DNA from: Harriotta raleighana
Lineage: Eukaryota
Length of the DNA stretch: 64,000 nt
NCBI GenBank assembly: GCA_050575255.1
Contig: JBNZDD010013718.1
Coordinates: forward strand, 6,936,579 to 7,000,578
Direction of reading: 5' to 3'
The position numbers and the translations under genes are program-made. How positions within the stretch are numbered: position 1 is the first letter of the stretch; the number at the start of each line of letters is the position of its first letter. The notes beneath the pieces are model-generated. The model ran no database searches and was not told where the DNA came from. It saw only the letters and a list, made by a program, of their open reading frames with translations. This document shows positions 45,804 through 64,000 of this stretch, piece by piece.

Positions 45804-48419
45804 GTAAAAATCACTAGAATTCATTATTTTAAGGGTTACTAAAAGCAAAATCAGATATTGAAGTTTAGGCTGAACATTGCTTACATTTTGTTGGCTGCTA
45901 CTGAAAAAGATGTTATTGGCGTTTACAGTTGGTTTAGAAGGCTAACTTGTATAACACGATTCGATAAACCGAGTCTGGCAATTCAAGTGGACATTGAAGA
46001 TTCCATGGCATTATTTTAAAAGAGAAGAGAGTTAATCCTGGTGTCCTGGAGAACAATTCCCCAAATAAAATTGGTCACTCACTGGATGTTTATGGCTCAT
46101 TGGTATGTCCACATTCGCAGCTACGTTTGCCCACAAATGTATAGTCACTACACTTCACAAGATATCCTGTGAAGTGCTTTGATCCATCAAATCCAAGGGT
46201 AATCCAATTATTATTTTCCACAACAAACATTTTTCTTTATACAACACCTTTCACCATAGGGGATATTTTAACAGTGTTTACAGTTTACTGGGCAAGCCCA
46301 CTGTATTGTACAAGATGGATGGGGAGGGGATTGGATTGCCTTAGCCTCCAAGCAAGTGTTAAAACCAATATAAATTGTTTGCTGTGGACTTAGCTTCTAA
46401 TAAGAATGGTGTTTGTCTGTAAAATCACTTCTGGTAATTATTGTTAGCTTTGGAGCCTGCAGCTGTTTGACCAAATGACATATTCTTCATTCTGGGTGAG
46501 ATTCCTATTTTAGCACCTTGAAATGAAAGACCAGTTACTGCAACACAAATCTGCCTCCCCTTCCCCCGTTTGCATTTGTTCTATTTTACATCCAGAAAAA
46601 ACATTTAGGCCTTTAGCCTTACCAAATTGTTTTTCACAATATCAATTTATATGAGTGTGGTAACTAAAAAGGTTGAATAGTTCATATTCTTAACATTTCT
46701 TTCTTTCTTTTGTGTTTAGTGTGGGGAACTTCAGGGCTTCATTCCTCCTCTGAACTTGCTGCTGAATGGCCTCAAGTCTGGAAAGTACAGAAAAGGTACA
46801 TGAACTTCAAAACCTATTTAAACTCGCATTGAATCCTAATTGTGCAATAGTTAAGGGCCAACATTTCGCAATCGTAAAATCTGGTTATTTATGTATCTCG
46901 GTAGGTTTGACCAGTTTCCAGGAAAGTGTTGCCATGGACAGAATCCAGAGAATTATGGGAGTTCTGCAGAATCGAAAACTAGGGTAACTATTTGAGCATG
47001 ATTTGCTCTGCTTGGCAAGCTTTTTGTTCTGTGTTTAAAATGAGCTAAAAGTGTTAACATGTTTGGTGTACATGCTCATCATTATTTCCATGGATGCACT
47101 TTTCAAATCTTAGTACTCTGCTGCCTCACCAGAGCCCTGTCATGTGAAGATTGTTAATCCCACTTCCAACATTTGCCAGGAAATAATTGGAATCACAACA
47201 CTTTACAATTAGTCAATCTGATGAAGCAACATAAAATGGATCATCAATGCTTGGCATCCAGTTGTGGTTGAACCACTTAACTTTATACTCAAGACTTGTG
47301 TAGTTTTATGACTTGGAAGATAAATAACCATAGCATTTGATTTTTAAGGTAGATTTCTAACCTCACTTGCCTGGTTTCCAAACGTGTCTCCCAACACTGG
47401 TGGAGTGTAGATAGGCATCCCAGTAAAGTAAAACTCATACAAGTCTGATTTGTATGAATCGGATAATCACCTAAATCTTAAATCTGCCCTACCCATTCAA
47501 GATTCTACTCTATGGGGGTTTGACATAACGCATACTTTGCACAAGTTCATAGTAAAGATATGGTCTCAACTGATATGACTCAGTGCTTTGGGACATCCTT
47601 GCCATGTGAAAGCCCTACACAAATGTAGTGTTGTTGTTATGATGTGTGGTTTACTCTGGTACCTGTATTGCCTATGATGAGTGTTGAATCCATCAAAGAA
47701 TGTAATATTATACGATACTCCCAATGTTATTCAACCAATACAATTTCTTACTGTAATATTAACACTAAAAACTTGCACTTAAAAAACTTTCTGTTGCTAT
47801 ATCGTGTTAATGCAAAATTCAAATGATTTTATTTTGCAGTGAACAATACATAGCGATTTTGCTGCAGGTGGAGCGAATGTTGAAGGGCTGGTTTCCCAAT
47901 GTTGCTCCTGTTCCAGGGTGTAAGGATTCTCTCAATGAGATAATTCATCATAAACGATTCAAGGTAAGAAATAACATGTGTATAGCTGCGTATTGCTCAG
48001 CAGAATTGTGCAATTTCTGTAATGGAGTTAATGACAATACTACAACTGCCTAACCAATATCCTGTGTAACTGTTATATGTTTTTGCATTCATTGACCAAA
48101 TTATAAAATCTAGAATTCCATTTACTGTATCGATCTCATTCACCAACTTGAGCATCAGAGTCGCATTTGCACCTTCAAGTCTATTGGCATCACATCTATT
48201 TTTAAAGACGTTTAGAACATTTTGGTCAGAGTCTCCGCTAATGCTTATGAATTTTGGGATTGTGGCAGACTATTTGGGGCCTGGCTACATTTCCATTTTA
48301 TGACCTTTCATATTTTCCCAATTGTATTTCCCCTTCAGATACTGCACATGTGGTATTGCATACAATGCTTCACTGAACATTACCATTTTTGTTTGCAGAA
48401 AAATGACCAAAGAAGATAA
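45216..48419 (+). CDS. Circadian-associated transcriptional repressor (CIART/CHRONO) family protein, probable paralogue, about 295-315 aa
   Basis: Exons 45216-45803, 46720-46795, 46905-46983 and 47840-47963 splice in frame to SEGDIIFAQK|CGELQGFIPPLNLLLNGLKSGKYRK|GLTSFQESVAMDRIQRIMGVLQNRKLG|EQYIAILLQVERMLKGWFP. Recalled human CIART reads TEGDLLFAQKCKELQGFIPPLTDLLNGLKMGRFERGLSSFQQSVAMDRIQRIVGVLQKPQMGERYLGTLLQVEGMLKTWFP. The last exon is uncertain. Confidence 0.9.
45985..46182 (+). mobile_element. Old Deu-domain SINE relic in a CIART-like intron
   Basis: GTGGACATTGAAGATTCCATGGCATTATTTT..GGTGTCCTGG..TTGGTCACTC..GCAGCTACGTTTGCCCAC..AGTCACTACACTTCAC..GTGAAGTGCTTTG matches the recalled Deu core plus tail. 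Confidence 0.65.
46720..46795 (+). CDS. CIART-like coding exon 2
   Basis: Long pyrimidine tract, tttag|CGELQGFIPPLNLLLNGLKSGKYRK|gtacat. Confidence 0.9.
46905..46983 (+). CDS. CIART-like coding exon 3
   Basis: ggtag|GLTSFQESVAMDRIQRIMGVLQNRKL|gtaact. Confidence 0.9.
47840..47963 (+). CDS. CIART-like coding exon 4
   Basis: ttttgcag|EQYIAILLQVERMLKGWFPNVAPVPGCKDSLNEIIHHKRFK|gtaaga. Confidence 0.9.
48339..48419 (+). CDS. CIART-like putative last coding exon (alternative acceptor start at 48399)
   Basis: Two good acceptors (cccttcag ending at 48338, gtttgcag ending at 48398) share a frame and both stop at TAA 48417-48419; no recognisable homology. Confidence 0.45.
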   Translation: MLHMWYCIQCFTEHYHFCLQKNDQRR

Positions 48420-49988
48420 AAAGAACTGAATGCACAACGTTTGAAGATAAAGGATGGATCACAAGTGGAACTCTGCAAAACTCCAGATAAGGGATTCTAT
48501 ACAGTACCACAAACCAACTCCAAAGGAAAAAGTTATTTCAAAGGAGCTTTATGAAAATCAGCCTTGTGGAAAAAAAACTTGTTGATCATCCTGTAAGTAC
48601 TTGTACAGATGCTGATCAGGTGAAACCAGCTAATCGAAGTAGAATTTGCTTTTATACAAAAGCAACATTTGCTGATGGCCACTCTTACAGATCTCCACCG
48701 GGATGCGTGAGCACGACCAGCCCAAAGGGGTCACCATTAGTACCACAGAATGCTAATTTAACACTATCACGATTGACCTAGATTATAACGGGTACTGGTT
48801 TGGTTTACAGATTAAAGTACATCTCTTGTTCATTATTTTGTGCTCAGAAATGCAGTAAGTGGTGAATAGAGCATAGCAAGCTTTAAAAGCATAATGTATA
48901 ACATTAAAACACGTTTCTGCAGAAATAATTTGACTGTTAATGCACATTTTAAGACATTTAAACAGCTGAATTCTTGATAAATGAAATTGTTTTGCAATGC
49001 CAATTTGAAAACATCTAGATTTTTTACAGCAGTATGCAGATGTACACGTTTACTGCTTGCTGATGTTTTACTGACAGTTGTTATAATGTTTATACATGTA
49101 AACTGAATATATTCATGATCACAGATTAAGTGGCAGTTGCTATGTTTTTGCCTATATTTATGCAATGTGCTTAACATGTTTATGAATGTATGCTCTTATC
49201 GGGGTATGGGTATATGGAGGACAAATTTGCTTTAATGCTGGTTGACTGGTGGAAATTTGGCAGTGATGTACATTAATAAATGATCATATTGCACAGGGTT
49301 AATTATATATATTTGAGTATTTGTTTTTATGGTTAATTTTTTTTAAATGGCCATAAATTCTTATTTTACATCACTATGAATTAGGTCAAAGGGACTTGGC
49401 TCCTCGTTGCATAAATTCACCTTAAAATGCTTTGCAGAATGGAGATATAATCTTAAATTTGTCTTTCCTGTAATGTGTACAACTCTATTCTTGGGCTACA
49501 TGTTGCAGTTCTTTTGGTCCATGACCAAAGAAAATTATGAATCTTACAAAATTAAGTATTTTAAGGGTGTTCTAAGAATCAGATTCCCACCGTCAGGCAC
49601 AGCAAGGAAGAAGCTTTGTGCATCCCTGATAATAACTGTTTCAAACCAGAACTTGGCCACTTAGAAGTTAGTTAAATATTAAATGACTCGCTATTTTTCA
49701 GGTAACAAAAACAGTGGGCCAGGAAGGACAAATATTGTAACCTGGCCAAATAGATGTGCTTTTAATTCACAACAATTCAAACTAACCTGACAAATATAAT
49801 GCATCTATCCATGCATACAGCTATCCAAGAAAATGATATCAAATAGAAATATAGTAATAACTTAAATGTAGTAAAGCTTTTGAATTTGTTTATATACATA
49901 ATCCTTCCCACAACTATTTTTGATCAGTCAAATATCACAGACAGCTTGAAGTACCAGTTGATAAATAAACATGGTTTTAAATTAGCAT

Positions 49989-49994
49989 TTTATT
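49989..49994 (-). terminator. Probable HERC1 poly(A) signal
   Basis: TTTATT on + (AATAAA on -), about 440 nt past the HERC1 stop. Confidence 0.55.
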
Positions 49995-50433
49995 CTTTGA
50001 TGTAGTTCTGTTAGGAAACTCGGCACAGGCAATTCAAATTAAAACAAAAATAAATATAAGAATATTTATGTAAATTGCTCTCTCCCCCATGAACAATTAT
50101 ACACAATGTACATTTTTTTTACTTACATTTTTCCTAAATCTGGGAGGGTCATCTATACCATTCCCAAATATGCATCAAAATATCTCCATGCAAACTTATC
50201 GAAAATGAACAAAAACAGGGAGGAAAGTGTTTTTTTTTAAACCTGCCAATAGTCAAAATCAGAAACAATAACATTTCACATTTGTTTTCTTCAAGTACAT
50301 ATACAATTAAAATATTGGCCATTTGCAGAAGTTACTATTACAACTATCATTACCAAAGGATTGCTTTGCACCAATGCTCCCTATTAGCATTTCCCTGTGC
50401 AGGTAATAGAATGAATTTTGATCATACAGAAAT

Positions 50434-63113
<12,680 letters not shown>

Positions 63114-64000
63114 CTGGTCAATCAAATCAAAGGAAATCAAGATTGAAGGTGTGCTATGCACAGGCGGATTTGAACTAACACATTTCATCCTCCACCAGTT
63201 TTCAGACATTAACTCAAAAGTGCTTAACCATGACTTAATACATAAACAGCAGGAATCACAGCAACATTTAAGAATTTACAGTAGTATCTTTATTAAAAGA
63301 TAACTACTGTACAATGATTTTTTTCTAATCTGCATTAACAGTTATAAAGACATGGGTAAGGTTATGAAATCATTTATTATATTTAATGCCTTAGTGACTT
63401 ACAATTACAATAGATGGCACAATATGGGGGGAGGGAATCTGTTTTGATACTGGAGCCAGCTCACAATTCACAAATCAATACCTTTTGTATTAAAATATAT
63501 TTATTTCAGTTACGTCTCCCACATACAGAATAAAAATGGATGCTCAACTAACAGCGAGGATAATTATGAATATCCTGCCTAATCATTAGTGACATAGATT
63601 GTATCATCATTCTTCCTCTGCATAAAACAAACTTGATCCAATTAAGTTCAGATGTATTTAAGGCTAACATCTTTTCCATTAGAAACAGGTCAATGGCTAT
63701 TTCATTCACTTACATCATATACATCACTTATTACTAGTTGAATACTCAATGTTGAATTCATGGTTTTATTGCAGGTTATGTTTTAAATACGGATGATGAA
63801 TTTTGTATTCCTAATACATATAAAACTGCACCCAGTAATTGTAGCCTTTCTCATGTACATTTTATCTTTAAGAAAGATAATCTTGGCTTTCAAATTCCAG
63901 AAGTACACCTACAGTTAGTGTCTGGGATGCTGCAACTCTGATCTATAAAAACAGCTACAGTATTGCTTAAACAAAGTAGAATAGGACATAAGTGCCTTTG

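Noticed and set aside
48551-48781. 76-aa ORF as an independent gene
   Set aside because: No promoter or recognisable motif; it lies in the presumed CIART-like 3' UTR and is discussed there as a possible relic.

Overview
Vertebrate genomic DNA, most likely from a cartilaginous fish (inferred from compact introns and abundant tRNA-headed, L2-tailed SINEs of the shark Deu-SINE type). I reconstructed four spliced genes by hand from GT-AG junctions and frame continuity. (1) Complete USP3 on the + strand: 15 coding exons, 5791-27290, 523 aa. (2) Complete FBXL22 on +: 2 coding exons, 32846-35000, 224 aa. (3) A CIART/CHRONO-family circadian repressor gene on +, about 44.2-49.9 kb, with 4 clear coding exons and an uncertain last exon. 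(4) The last 19 coding exons of HERC1 on the - strand, 63113-50434, covering the RCC1-like and HECT domains (1050 aa). USP3-FBXL22-HERC1 is the human 15q22 gene order, but human has no CIART-like gene between FBXL22 and HERC1. Human CIART lies at 1q21 next to APH1A/CA14, the paralogues of the APH1B/CA12 genes that neighbour USP3. The main finding is therefore a probable second CHRONO ohnologue, lost in mammals, with an E-box-rich promoter and a shortened C-terminus. Other points: a 258-bp direct repeat bracketing the frame-preserving USP3 exon 11, a 706-bp element with ~72-bp inverted ends, convergent poly(A) signals between the CIART-like gene and HERC1, and L2, CR1 and SINE relics. All homology calls rest on recalled reference sequences; no database search was run.
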